DNA from: an uncultured Candidatus Saccharibacteria bacterium
Lineage (GTDB): Bacteria; Patescibacteriota; WWE3; UBA101185; UBA10185
Assembly: GCA_964385105.1 (NCBI GenBank)
Contig: CAYLMU010000001.1
Location: forward strand, 194,252-258,251
Direction: 5' to 3'
DNA length: 64,000 nucleotides
This document shows positions 10,480 through 19,903 of the stretch, one piece after another (position 1 is the stretch's first letter; every line of letters begins with the position of its first letter). The translations under genes and the position numbers were made by a program. The notes beneath the pieces are model-generated. The model searched no databases. It had not been told where the DNA came from and worked only from the letters and a program-made list of their open reading frames with translations.

Positions 10480-11082
10480 TTATAATCCTAAGGGATTGCT
10501 CCCTTTTCTCTCTACTTTTTCAAGTATTCCGGGAATTTGCATAAAATCTTTTACAAGGCTTTCTGCAAAATTACCATTTCTAAGTGCAGCTGCAGGGTGA
10601 TAAACAGGAAATACGTTATATAACGGAAGTGTTATAAGTTTACCATGATCTTTTGATATTTTACCTTCAGGATGAAAATAATTTAATGCAAATCTTCCCA
10701 GGGTTACAACCAGTTTTGGCTTTATTATGCCAAGTTGAGCATTTAAGTAAGGTTCACATGCTTTAATCTCATCAGGTAAAGGGTCTCTGTTTTTTGGTGG
10801 CCTGTGTTTCACAACATTTCCTATCCAAACATCTTCCCGTTCATAACCGATTTTGTTCAAAAGCTTGTCTAAAAGGTTTCCTGCTCTGCCTACAAACGGT
10901 CTGCCTGTAGCATCTTCATTAGCCCCAGGAGCCTCACCAATAAATACCAGTTCCGCGCTAATATTTCCTTCACCCGGAACCCCGTTTAGAGCTGTTTCAC
11001 ACAGTCTGCACTTTGAGCAATTAATAACTTTTTTTGCAATTTCATCCATTAACAGCTGCTCTTTTAATAAATGTTCTTTCAC
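10480..11082 (-). CDS. Family 4 uracil-DNA glycosylase
   Basis: CSKC, GEAPG, PFVGRAG, RPPKNR, YHPAAALR. Confidence 0.93.
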   Translation of the reverse strand: MKEHLLKEQLLMDEIAKKVINCSKCRLCETALNGVPGEGNISAELVFIGEAPGANEDATGRPFVGRAGNLLDKLLNKIGYEREDVWIGNVVKHRPPKNRDPLPDEIKACEPYLNAQLGIIKPKLVVTLGRFALNYFHPEGKISKDHGKLITLPLYNVFPVYHPAAALRNGNFAESLVKDFMQIPGILEKVERKGSNPLGL

Positions 11083-11603
11083 TTTATATACTCCGCTGTT
11101 TTTAATTTTTCGAGCACTTTCTCTATTATTTTTGCTTTATTTCTAATATTCATCCGGTCTGTTATATATTTGGCAGCTTTGTAATCAAGCCAAAAATAAT
11201 CGTCAAACTCTGTTTTCTCAATGTCAAGGTGTTCAGTTTGCGTATCAATTTTGTAAAAAAAATACACCTTTCCTTTTAATGCATATTCTTGTCCGTCATC
11301 TATTTTTATAACTTCAGAACTTGCTTTTGGGTTTGCAAATTCCATTTCTTCTATATGAATCAATTCATTGTTTGTGGTACATGTCTTGTAAAATTCTTCA
11401 GTAAGTTCTTCAGCCATTTTTCTGTTTAGTCCATCTTCCAATGTTTCGTTATTGTTTAGACTGCCTTGAGGAAACATCCAAATCCCATATTCCTTTTTAA
11501 AAAAAAAGAGCAGTTTGTTGTCACGCATTACAAGGCCGACAATTCCCGGTTTAAATCCAAGTTTTCGTATTTCATTAAGTTGTGCCAAATCAGGAGACTT
11601 CAT
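11079..11603 (-). CDS. Nudix hydrolase, RppH-like, with a slightly degenerate Nudix box
   Basis: WMFPQGSLNNNETLEDGLNRKMAEEL, plus EFDDYFW. Confidence 0.75.
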   Translation of the reverse strand: MKSPDLAQLNEIRKLGFKPGIVGLVMRDNKLLFFFKKEYGIWMFPQGSLNNNETLEDGLNRKMAEELTEEFYKTCTTNNELIHIEEMEFANPKASSEVIKIDDGQEYALKGKVYFFYKIDTQTEHLDIEKTEFDDYFWLDYKAAKYITDRMNIRNKAKIIEKVLEKLKTAEYIK

Positions 11604-11604
11604 A

Positions 11605-12693
11605 TTATTTTGGAAGGTATTCTTTTAAGTTTTGCTCATTTATGAAAACTCTTTCAACTTTACCTTCCACAATTTCTTTTGCAACCTTTCTGCAAATAGC
11701 ATCTACTGTTCTACTTATACTTCTTATTCCGCTGTCAAAACCAAACGGTCTGATGATGCTTGGCCACAGTTCCGGGTCAATTTGTAATTCATCCGGTCTT
11801 AAGCCATTTTTTTTGATAATTTTTTGTAGCAGATAATCACGTGCGATTACCACTTTTTCGGCATCGGTGTATGAAGCCATTTTTATTACTTCAAGTCTGT
11901 CCATAAGTGCTGTTGTAATGGTTCCTGTATTATTTGCCGAACAAATAAACATAACTTCAGATAAATCTAACGGGTAATCAATATAATGGTCACGAAATGC
12001 CGTATTTTGGTTTGGGTCGAGCAACTCAAGCAACACTGCCATAATATCTGTTCTTAAACCTTGTTCTCCGCTTGCTTTGTCAATTTCGTCCAAAAGTATT
12101 ACAGGATTTCGTACCTGAGTTTTTATTAAAGCTTTAATTATTTGTCCGGGCTCTGCTTCGGGAAATACTTTGCTTCGTCCTCGTAATTCAAGCGGAGTAC
12201 CAAGCGCACCCATGGAAATTCTCATAAATTCACGCCCTAAAGCTTCAGCTATAGACATTGCCAGGGTTGTTTTACCAATACCCTGCAAACCTACAAACAA
12301 CAAAACAGGGGACTGTGAAATTACATCCTGTCCTTCTGTTATCGTATCAACTTCTCTGTCGATTTTAAGTTTTATTGTGGCTAAGTACTCCAAAAGTCGT
12401 TCTTTCACATCTTCCATACCGTGGTGGTTTTTATCAAGCAATTGCTTTGCCTGAACAAGGTCAAGATTATCTTTTGTTCTTTTATTCCAGGGAATCGACG
12501 TAATTACAGTAATATACCTTGATAACGTATCAAATTCAGCAGCATAATGACCAAGCTTAGCCATTCGGTTTAGCCTGTCAAGCATTTGCAACGCTTTTTC
12601 TTTTAAATCTTCAGGAAGTCCTTGAGTATTTTCAATGCTTGTGTTTAAGGCTTCCAACTCCTCAAAAATATACTCTTCTTTCACATTAGGCAT
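11605..12693 (-). CDS. Lon-derived AAA+ ATPase lacking the N-domain and protease domain
   Basis: LonA-type IPW...LDKNHHGMEDVKERLLEYLA, GLQGIGKT, LLDEIDK, LLELLDPNQN, ALMDRLEVI; ends at NLKEYLPK. Confidence 0.88.
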   Translation of the reverse strand: MPNVKEEYIFEELEALNTSIENTQGLPEDLKEKALQMLDRLNRMAKLGHYAAEFDTLSRYITVITSIPWNKRTKDNLDLVQAKQLLDKNHHGMEDVKERLLEYLATIKLKIDREVDTITEGQDVISQSPVLLFVGLQGIGKTTLAMSIAEALGREFMRISMGALGTPLELRGRSKVFPEAEPGQIIKALIKTQVRNPVILLDEIDKASGEQGLRTDIMAVLLELLDPNQNTAFRDHYIDYPLDLSEVMFICSANNTGTITTALMDRLEVIKMASYTDAEKVVIARDYLLQKIIKKNGLRPDELQIDPELWPSIIRPFGFDSGIRSISRTVDAICRKVAKEIVEGKVERVFINEQNLKEYLPK

Positions 12694-12724
12694 ATTTTTA
12701 TCTTAACATTTTTTAGGACAATAT

Positions 12725-14929
12725 TTATCTTCTGTTTCTACCTCTGTCACGTCCTCTGTCTCTTCCACCTCTATTTCTATCGCCTCGACCTCTATCATAT
12801 CTGCTGGGTCTTTCTTCTTCCTGATAGCCTTCAGGTCTTGGTTCCAATGCTTTTTTAGATAATGAGATTTTTCCGTTTTGACCTTTGTCTATTACTTTTA
12901 CTTTAACCGTGTCGCCAACCTTTAAAATATCGCCTACACTTTTAACGTAATCGTATGCAAGTTCGCTAACATGCAATAACCCTGTTTTACCGGGCAATAT
13001 TTCTACGAATGCGCCAAAATCTACAATTTCTTCAACAATACCGTCAAATATTTCACCAATTTCTACTTCTCGGGTCATGCCGTCAATTATTGCAAATGCT
13101 TCCTGTACAGCCTCGTTGCTTGGACCTGAAATAAACACACTTCCGTCCTCTTCAATTCCAAGTTCGGTACCTGTTTTTGTTTGAATTTCCCTAATAGTTT
13201 TGCCACCCGAGCCTATAATCATGCCTATTTGTTCAGGATCTATTTTTGTAGTGAGCATTCTTGGAGCATATTTGCTGGTGTCTTTTCTTGGTTCTGATAG
13301 AGTCTTCTTCATTACATCCAATATTTTCAATCTCGCCTCACGTGATTGCTCAAAGATTTTCGGAAGTAAGTGCATTGGAATACCATTTACCTTCATATCA
13401 AGTTGAATGGCTGTAAGTCCGTCTTTAGTCCCTGCTATTTTAAAGTCCATATGGCCTGACATGTCTTCTAGCCCTACAATATCGGTTAATAATACATATT
13501 TATCATTTTCTTCATCAGCAACAAGCCCCACAGAAATTCCTGCCGCCATATCTTTTATAGGTACACCTGCATCCATTAAAGCCAATGTTGAACCGCATAC
13601 TGCAGCCATTGACGTTGAGCCGTTTGATGAAAGCACTTCAGTCATCAAAATTATCATATATGGAAATTCCGATTGATCGGGAATTAACGGTGCAAGACCT
13701 TTTTCTGCCAACATTCCGTGGCCTATTTCCCGGCCTCCCGGGCCTCCCATTCTGCCCACTTCCCCTGTTGAGTAAGGAGGAAAGTTATAGTAGTGAAGGT
13801 AAGTTTTTGACCTTTCTCCATACATGTCCTGTACTAATAGTTCAAGTGAAGGGTTACCAAGTGTAGCAACAGTCAAAACCTGTGTCTGGCCTCGTTCAAA
13901 TATAGCACTACCGTGTGTTCTTGGTAATATACCGGCTTGAGATGACAATGGCCTTATTTCAGTCAAAGCTCGGCCGTCGGGTCTTTTGCCTTCATTTAAA
14001 ATAAGATTTTGCATTAATTTCTTTTGAACTTCATACAAAGCTCTTTCCATGTCTGATTTTTTGTAAACACCTTCATACTTTGTATATAGTTCTTCAAGAA
14101 TTTCAGCTCTTGCTGTTGTGCGCTCTTCTTTGCTTGAACCATCATCAAGAAGTTTTCCTATTTTTTCAGAAGCTGATTCTTTTACTTTTTCAAGCATTTC
14201 AGCGTCCAAAGCCCTTGATGTATATTCGTATTTTGTTTCATTTGGATTAACTTCTTTTGAAAAGTCCAAAATTAAATTAATCATAGGGTCAAGCCTGTCA
14301 CGGGCATATTCAATTCCGCTTAAAACAATATCTTCAGGAAGATTTTGTATACCAGCCTCAATTGCAAGAAATTTCTTTTCAGTACCTACAAAAGACAGCA
14401 TCATATCCATTACGGATTTTTCTTTCATTTCTTTTTTAGTGGGGTTTATTGCAAAGTTTCCATCAATATAGCCAACCCGTGCAGAAGACATTGGCCCGTT
14501 CCATGGAATATCCGATGCCGTCAATACAACTGATGCAGCAACCATACATGTAAACTCAGGGTCAGAGTCTTCGTCCAGTGACAAAATAGTGAGTGTAACT
14601 TGAACCTCGTCCATAAAGTCTTTTGGAAAAAGCGGGCGAATGGCATGGTCAATTAATCGTCGGGTTACAACAGCATCGTCTGTTGGTTTTCCTTCTCTTT
14701 TTACAAATCGTGAGCTTTTAATACTTCCGCTTGCATACAATTTTTCTTCATATTCAACTCTCAAAGGAAAAAAATCCAAATCAGGGTTTAATCCTCCTGA
14801 AACAGCTGTTGCAAGTACAACAGTTTCACCATAAGTTACTTTAACTGCCATATTAGTTTGAGGGGCTAAATGCCCTGTCTCAAAAATTAATGGCTTTCCG
14901 TCAAAATCTATTTCTTTTTTTACGAACAT
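12725..14929 (-). CDS. pnp: Polyribonucleotide nucleotidyltransferase (PNPase)
   Basis: FFPLRVEY, RTHGSAIFERGQTQ, SNGSTSMA, DFKIAGT, KH and S1 domains. Confidence 0.98.
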   Translation of the reverse strand: MFVKKEIDFDGKPLIFETGHLAPQTNMAVKVTYGETVVLATAVSGGLNPDLDFFPLRVEYEEKLYASGSIKSSRFVKREGKPTDDAVVTRRLIDHAIRPLFPKDFMDEVQVTLTILSLDEDSDPEFTCMVAASVVLTASDIPWNGPMSSARVGYIDGNFAINPTKKEMKEKSVMDMMLSFVGTEKKFLAIEAGIQNLPEDIVLSGIEYARDRLDPMINLILDFSKEVNPNETKYEYTSRALDAEMLEKVKESASEKIGKLLDDGSSKEERTTARAEILEELYTKYEGVYKKSDMERALYEVQKKLMQNLILNEGKRPDGRALTEIRPLSSQAGILPRTHGSAIFERGQTQVLTVATLGNPSLELLVQDMYGERSKTYLHYYNFPPYSTGEVGRMGGPGGREIGHGMLAEKGLAPLIPDQSEFPYMIILMTEVLSSNGSTSMAAVCGSTLALMDAGVPIKDMAAGISVGLVADEENDKYVLLTDIVGLEDMSGHMDFKIAGTKDGLTAIQLDMKVNGIPMHLLPKIFEQSREARLKILDVMKKTLSEPRKDTSKYAPRMLTTKIDPEQIGMIIGSGGKTIREIQTKTGTELGIEEDGSVFISGPSNEAVQEAFAIIDGMTREVEIGEIFDGIVEEIVDFGAFVEILPGKTGLLHVSELAYDYVKSVGDILKVGDTVKVKVIDKGQNGKISLSKKALEPRPEGYQEEERPSRYDRGRGDRNRGGRDRGRDRGRNRR

Positions 14930-14950
14930 ATTTTTACTTTCCGGGTGTTT

Positions 14951-15017
14951 GAGCGATTAAATTAAGAGATTTTGTACACAATTAAATTCTGTACATGATT
15001 CCAAAATCTAATCACTC
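14951..15017 (-). promoter_or_regulatory. Long stem-loop in the rpsO-pnp intergenic leader
   Basis: Minus-strand GAGTGATTAGATT pairs with AATTTAATCGCTC (13 bp including G-U), with an inner TGTACA/TGTACA stem. Confidence 0.6.
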
Positions 15018-15042
15018 TTTATTTCCCTTGTTAAATTATTTA

Positions 15043-15318
15043 CTATTTAAGGTCAAGCTTTTCGGTAAGCTTGGTATAACGCTCTTCGTCTTTTCCTTTT
15101 AAAAATTGAAGCAATCTGCGTCTTTTGTTTACCATTTGCAACAGACCACGTCGTGAGTGGTTATCTTTTTTATGGGTTTTTAAATGATTTGATAGTTCTT
15201 CTATTCTTCTTGATAAAATTGCTACCTGTACTTCTGGAGAACCGGTATCGGCTTCATGAAGTTGATGATTTTTTATTAATTTTTCTTTTCCGTTTTTATT
15301 TCTAGCCATACCTTGCAT
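15043..15318 (-). CDS. rpsO: 30S ribosomal protein S15 (alternative start at 15309)
   Basis: [24 protein letters not shown]. Confidence 0.98.
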   Translation of the reverse strand: MQGMARNKNGKEKLIKNHQLHEADTGSPEVQVAILSRRIEELSNHLKTHKKDNHSRRGLLQMVNKRRRLLQFLKGKDEERYTKLTEKLDLK

Positions 15319-15348
15319 GAGTTATTGTACCAACTTTTCTTTGTAGAA

Positions 15349-16068
15349 TCAACCATTTACTTGGCTACTTATCCCGGTTAAAAGCGCCTTTGCAGCTTTA
15401 GGATTAGGTGTAAGATCTAAGTTAAGAGATTCTTTAAAAACCAACATGCTTAAATTTTCAGCATATGTGTCAATAATATTAACCACGCCAAATCTTTGGT
15501 TTTTATTGGTATTATCAAAATTTATTATCTTTGCTCTATGAATCTCATCTTTTAAGTTGTTGTATATCGGACCCATGTCGAGCAATTCCTGAGCACCAAC
15601 CGTAATAATCAAATCAAAATCATAGCCTGTTACTTTAGCTTTAACTCTGTCTGTGGCAAAATCTTTTGGTACAGGACCAAGTTTTAAATAAAGCGTTTCG
15701 TTATTATGTGAATATTGGGCTTTAGCGGCCGGTGTGTTTGAATAATCTATTGCAACCATTAAATATCTTTCATTAAGCTCTGTTGTAATAAGTTCATCCT
15801 CAATAACACCTGCACAATCCTCAGGGATTTTACCCGAATAAATAAAACGGATGTTTTTTTGCATATTAGTCTCGGAATCTTCATATTTTTGCTTTAACAT
15901 GTAAAACAAACCGGCTGCGGCACAAAAAGAATTTCCGCGTGCGGTTTTTGAAGGTATGATAGCAATTTCCCTTGCATCATTTATTAAATTTACTACCTGT
16001 TCATTATCGTAGTTACTTACTTGCATTTTATTTAGTTGAGCAGAAAATAATTTGAAACTATTGTGCAA
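15349..16068 (-). CDS. Degenerate DHH/NrnA-like protein
   Basis: DLIITVG, IINFDN and AKALLTGI resemble the DHH fold, but the DHH and HxxPDxD motifs are absent; occupies the nrnA position after infB. Confidence 0.55.
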   Translation of the reverse strand: MHNSFKLFSAQLNKMQVSNYDNEQVVNLINDAREIAIIPSKTARGNSFCAAAGLFYMLKQKYEDSETNMQKNIRFIYSGKIPEDCAGVIEDELITTELNERYLMVAIDYSNTPAAKAQYSHNNETLYLKLGPVPKDFATDRVKAKVTGYDFDLIITVGAQELLDMGPIYNNLKDEIHRAKIINFDNTNKNQRFGVVNIIDTYAENLSMLVFKESLNLDLTPNPKAAKALLTGISSQVNG

Positions 16069-16085
16069 CTAGAGTGAGTAGAAGT

Positions 16086-16114
16086 ATTTTATAACAAATG
16101 CCCTATAGTGTCAA
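16086..16114 (-). promoter_or_regulatory. Sigma70 promoter for the DHH-like gene
   Basis: TTGACA-17nt-TAAAAT on the minus strand. Confidence 0.65.
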
Positions 16115-16121
16115 TCTATAG

Positions 16122-17609
16122 TTATTTAACCTCAATAAACATACCCTTTTCAACATCGGTGAAATCAGGTTTAAAAAGTACGCCGCATTCGGTATTTTTT
16201 CCCGCCATTGTAATATCTTCTTTGCCATGTTTTAGTTTTTTGATTTTACCCCGGTAAACAGGTTCATCTAAATCGGTGATATCTGCAGGATTTTTTGTAT
16301 AAATTTCAACTCTGCTGTCAAGCTTTAATGCCCCTGCCAATACTGTACATCCTGCAATAATATCGCCCGACGGAAGTTTAAATGTTTGTAAAATCTCGGC
16401 ACGGCCTTTTATTTTTGCTTCTTCGCTTCGAGCTGTACCTTGTAATAAGTCTTTTAAATCGTCAATAAGGTCATATATTGTTTTATAGGTTTTAACACTA
16501 ACACTCAAATCTTCTGCCAGAGTGGTAGCAGAAGCAGGGACACTCACATTAAATCCCACAACCACACTATTTGTATTAGAAGCCAATAGTATATCTGAAT
16601 CCGTAATTTGACCTGTTGATGTTAAAACAAATTTTATAGAAAAATCAGCTCCTACCGATTCTGTTACTAAATTGGCTAAACTTGCTTTTACCGCTTCAAG
16701 AGTACCTTGAGTGTCGGCTTTTATAATTACTCCAACTGTTTTTTTGGTTTCCTGGCCTATAATTTCAACTCTGTCTTGTGAAACGGCAAGTTCTTCAAGT
16801 TCGCTGCCTTTTGTAACAATTAAATCACCTACATTTGGAGTTTCTTTAAATCCGAGTATTTCAACAGGTGTGGATGGGCCGGCTTGTTTTACCATTTTAC
16901 CCTGAGCATCCATGAGTGAGCGTACCTTAGCATGAAATCCGCTTGCACCAATTTCATCGCCAACATTTAATGTTCCGTTTCTTACAATACATGAAACAAC
17001 AACCCCTCTTTTTTTATCAAGCTTAGATTCAATAATCATTGCTTCAAGCTCCTCGTTTGGGTCTGCTTTAAGAGTTAACAATTCAGCCACCGCCAAAATT
17101 GAATCCAATAAATCTTTTATACCGGCGCCTGTTTTTGCTGAAACTTCAACGCTAACAATGTCACCGCCCCAATCTTCTACAAGCACATTTTCTTGTGCCA
17201 GTCCTTGCTTTGCTTTTTGCGGATCGGCACCAGAAATATCCATCTTATTTATTGCAACAATAATTGGTGCTCCTGCAGCTTTTGCATGTGAAATTGCCTC
17301 TTTTGTTTGAGGTTGTACACCATCATCAGCTGCTACTACTAAAATAACCAAATCAGCAGCTCTTCCACCTCTTGCTCTCATTTGAGTAAATGCAGCGTGT
17401 CCGGGTGTATCTATAAAAGTGATTTTTTGACCCTCATGCTCAATTTGATACGCACCAATGTGTTGTGTTATTCCACCATATTCTTTTGCCTGGATGTTTG
17501 TTTGACGGATTTTATCTAAAATACTGGTTTTACCGTGGTCAACATGACCCATAACGGTAACAATAGGGGGGCGTACGAATTCTTTTGTATTATTTGTTTT
17601 ATCTGCCAT
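16122..17609 (-). CDS. infB: Translation initiation factor IF-2 (short form without N-terminal domains)
   Basis: [25 protein letters not shown]. Confidence 0.97.
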   Translation of the reverse strand: MADKTNNTKEFVRPPIVTVMGHVDHGKTSILDKIRQTNIQAKEYGGITQHIGAYQIEHEGQKITFIDTPGHAAFTQMRARGGRAADLVILVVAADDGVQPQTKEAISHAKAAGAPIIVAINKMDISGADPQKAKQGLAQENVLVEDWGGDIVSVEVSAKTGAGIKDLLDSILAVAELLTLKADPNEELEAMIIESKLDKKRGVVVSCIVRNGTLNVGDEIGASGFHAKVRSLMDAQGKMVKQAGPSTPVEILGFKETPNVGDLIVTKGSELEELAVSQDRVEIIGQETKKTVGVIIKADTQGTLEAVKASLANLVTESVGADFSIKFVLTSTGQITDSDILLASNTNSVVVGFNVSVPASATTLAEDLSVSVKTYKTIYDLIDDLKDLLQGTARSEEAKIKGRAEILQTFKLPSGDIIAGCTVLAGALKLDSRVEIYTKNPADITDLDEPVYRGKIKKLKHGKEDITMAGKNTECGVLFKPDFTDVEKGMFIEVK

Positions 17610-17643
17610 ATTTGTTTGTGTTTTATTAACGCTCCAGACATTT

Positions 17644-18804
17644 TTATTTATCTTCTTCGTTATCTACAAGCTCTGTTGACGGTTCTGTTTCAGGTGCAAC
17701 CTCACCCTCGTCTTCAATTTCCTCAGTTTCTTCCATTACTTCAACATTTTCAATATCCTCTACTTGATTTGTTTTTTGTGTAGCTTTTAGTGCTGCATCC
17801 CAAACACCAACCAAATCTTTCTGACCTGTTTGTGCACCTTCTTCGGAATCTTCACCGTCAAAAAACCCTTTTGCTCCTTTAATATCAATTTTCCAGTGAG
17901 TTAATTTATTTGCCAGCCTTGCATTTTGACCTTCTTTACCAATTGCCAAACTTTGCTGATCTTCGGGAACTGTTACGGTAGCTTTTTTCTCTTCTTCATC
18001 AATTACTACATTTGTAACACGCGCAGGTGATAAACTTGCTGCAATAAATTTCTCAATATTTGTTGAATAAGGAATAATATCTATTTTTTCGCCATAAAGT
18101 TCAGAAATTATAGATTGTACACGCACACCTTTTTGACCAACACAGCTACCTACCGGGTCAATTTTGTCATCATTTGAATATACAGCCATTTTAGTTCTGG
18201 AACCTGGTTCTCGTGCAATTTCCTTTATAATTACAGTACCATTAGCTATTTCAGGTACTTCCTGCTCAAAAAGTTTTATAACAAATTGTGCGTCTGCTCG
18301 GCTTACAATAATGTCGGTACCTCTTTGGCCTTGTCTGACATCTTTTACATAAACCTTTAATCTTTGACCCGGTCTGTAATTTTCGGTTTCTACCTGTTCA
18401 GACTGGGGAAGAATTCCATGTGCTTTGCCAAGGTCTAAAACTATTCTTCCACTTTCAATTTTAAAAATAGTACCGTTCATTAAAGTACCGATTTTTTCTT
18501 CAAATTCTTCGGTAATGACTCTTTTTTCGGTTTCACGGATTTTTTGTAAAATAACCTGTTTTGCTGTTTGTGCGGCAATACGACCAAAACCTGATGGAGT
18601 AACATCTTTTCCTTCTTTTAATATTTTGGCCTCACCGGTGTCGGGATCTATTGAAACTTCGATTTCTTCACTGGCACCCATTTCATAGTCTTTTTTATAA
18701 GCTGACATAAGTGCAGTTTTTATTGATTCAATTACTTCCTCAACCGGAATTCCTCTTTCAGTTGCCACTTGGTTTAATGCTGCTTTAAATTCTGTTAATG
18801 CCAT
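17644..18804 (-). CDS. nusA: Transcription factor NusA
   Basis: FGRIAAQTAKQVI, AREPGSRTK, AIGKEGQNARLA. Confidence 0.98.
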   Translation of the reverse strand: MALTEFKAALNQVATERGIPVEEVIESIKTALMSAYKKDYEMGASEEIEVSIDPDTGEAKILKEGKDVTPSGFGRIAAQTAKQVILQKIRETEKRVITEEFEEKIGTLMNGTIFKIESGRIVLDLGKAHGILPQSEQVETENYRPGQRLKVYVKDVRQGQRGTDIIVSRADAQFVIKLFEQEVPEIANGTVIIKEIAREPGSRTKMAVYSNDDKIDPVGSCVGQKGVRVQSIISELYGEKIDIIPYSTNIEKFIAASLSPARVTNVVIDEEEKKATVTVPEDQQSLAIGKEGQNARLANKLTHWKIDIKGAKGFFDGEDSEEGAQTGQKDLVGVWDAALKATQKTNQVEDIENVEVMEETEEIEDEGEVAPETEPSTELVDNEEDK

Positions 18805-18935
18805 TTTTTGATTTGCGCCTACGAAAACGGTCTTTGACCTTTGGTTTGCGGGTTGTTTTCTTGAGCCACAAACCTACACTCGTATGTAGCAAAATTTCCT
18901 TAATTTAAAATTACCTTTTTACACAAGTAATTGTA

Positions 18936-18964
18936 TCAAAAAAGGCGGGAATTCCCACCTTTGA
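18936..18964 (-). terminator. rimP-leader-type attenuator hairpin upstream of nusA
   Basis: Minus strand AAAGGTGGG-AATT-CCCGCCTTTTTT, a GGG/CCC stem with a U-tract, between the promoter and nusA. Confidence 0.7.
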
Positions 18965-18994
18965 CACTAATACTTTTACTTTTCTAACGAGTTA

Positions 18995-19023
18995 AAATTA
19001 GCATAATTTATAGGGTATGGCAA
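18995..19023 (-). promoter_or_regulatory. Putative nusA-infB promoter
   Basis: TTGCCA-17nt-TAATTT with a TG extension. Confidence 0.5.
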
Positions 19024-19051
19024 GTATACATGTAAATAAGGCCTATAGTGA

Positions 19052-19080
19052 TTGACCTATGTTTGTTAGTCATATATAAT
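19052..19080 (+). promoter_or_regulatory. Near-consensus sigma70 promoter for the orphan gene pair
   Basis: TTGACC-17nt-TATAAT. Confidence 0.75.
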
Positions 19081-19138
19081 TACCCCGAATTTTTATTAAT
19101 CGCGGATTTCCGCAATCAAGAATTAGCGAGGTGATAAG

Positions 19139-19471
19139 ATGGGAAAATGGGCTATGTTTCCGAATCCGGACGAGCAGGAAAGTCTACTGAACTGGGATGT
19201 ACAAATGCTGACTCAAGCACTTCTAGAGAGCGATGATGGGAAACTTACATTAGTTGCTGCTGCAGCATATGATTTATTTTACGCTGCGAAAATGGAAGAG
19301 AAAGCTAAAGGAATTCTATTAGCTGCTGTATCAATTAAAGGCATCCAATCAGTCGTACAAGCCATATCTGAGCAGGTGGCATTCCGGATTCACTGGGACG
19401 GTCAAAGTGAAGAAGAACAACGTGATTTTTTGGAATTTTGTGAAAAAACCTTGAATACTCCAATAAGTTAA
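19139..19471 (+). CDS. Hypothetical protein (alpha-helical)
   Basis: 110-aa ORF with SD GAGGTGA and its own promoter. Confidence 0.7.
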   Translation: MGKWAMFPNPDEQESLLNWDVQMLTQALLESDDGKLTLVAAAAYDLFYAAKMEEKAKGILLAAVSIKGIQSVVQAISEQVAFRIHWDGQSEEEQRDFLEFCEKTLNTPIS

Positions 19472-19545
19472 TTGAAGTAAGGTTATGAAACGCTACCTGT
19501 ATCAAAAAAGAGACGAAATCACGACCATTAAAAAGGAGTAATCGC

Positions 19546-19836
19546 ATGAAATACTTGAGACTCAAAAATTTAGATGGGGATTTAACTTTACCACAAGTTG
19601 TTGAACTAATTAGATTTTATGAATCAGATGATTTCCATCGTATGAGCGAGAAACAGAGACTCGAGGTAAAAATTCGGCGGTTTATAACTTTTGGTATAGG
19701 AGAAAATGAGAGAAGGTACTTTGGCCCACAGTTGGGTGGACCCATAGTTTCGGAAACTCTCAGAATTCCCAAACGCTTTAGGGAAGACGTCTTGAAAGAA
19801 CTTAAAGCTCTCAAAATTGAGCTTGAGAAGATCTAG
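19546..19836 (+). CDS. Hypothetical protein
   Basis: 96-aa ORF with SD AAGGAG, followed by a terminator. Confidence 0.7.
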   Translation: MKYLRLKNLDGDLTLPQVVELIRFYESDDFHRMSEKQRLEVKIRRFITFGIGENERRYFGPQLGGPIVSETLRIPKRFREDVLKELKALKIELEKI

Positions 19837-19845
19837 TGCAATAAT

Positions 19846-19890
19846 TGCCGCTTTGGGAATGTAGTTTATTTCTGAGGCGGCATTTTTCTT
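19846..19890 (+). terminator. Intrinsic terminator
   Basis: TGCCGCTTTGGGAAT/ATTTCTGAGGCGGCA stem followed by TTTTTCTT. Confidence 0.7.
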
Positions 19891-19903
19891 GTATACTATG
19901 TAT

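Noticed and set aside
12725-12810. RGRDR-like repeats at the PNPase C-terminus
   Set aside because: An ordinary low-complexity R/G/D tail after the S1 domain, not a DNA repeat element
15027-15036. ATTTAACAAG shared between the rpsO-pnp gap and the tuf leader
   Set aside because: A 10-mer of 80% AT is plausible by chance in 64 kb; there is no further similarity
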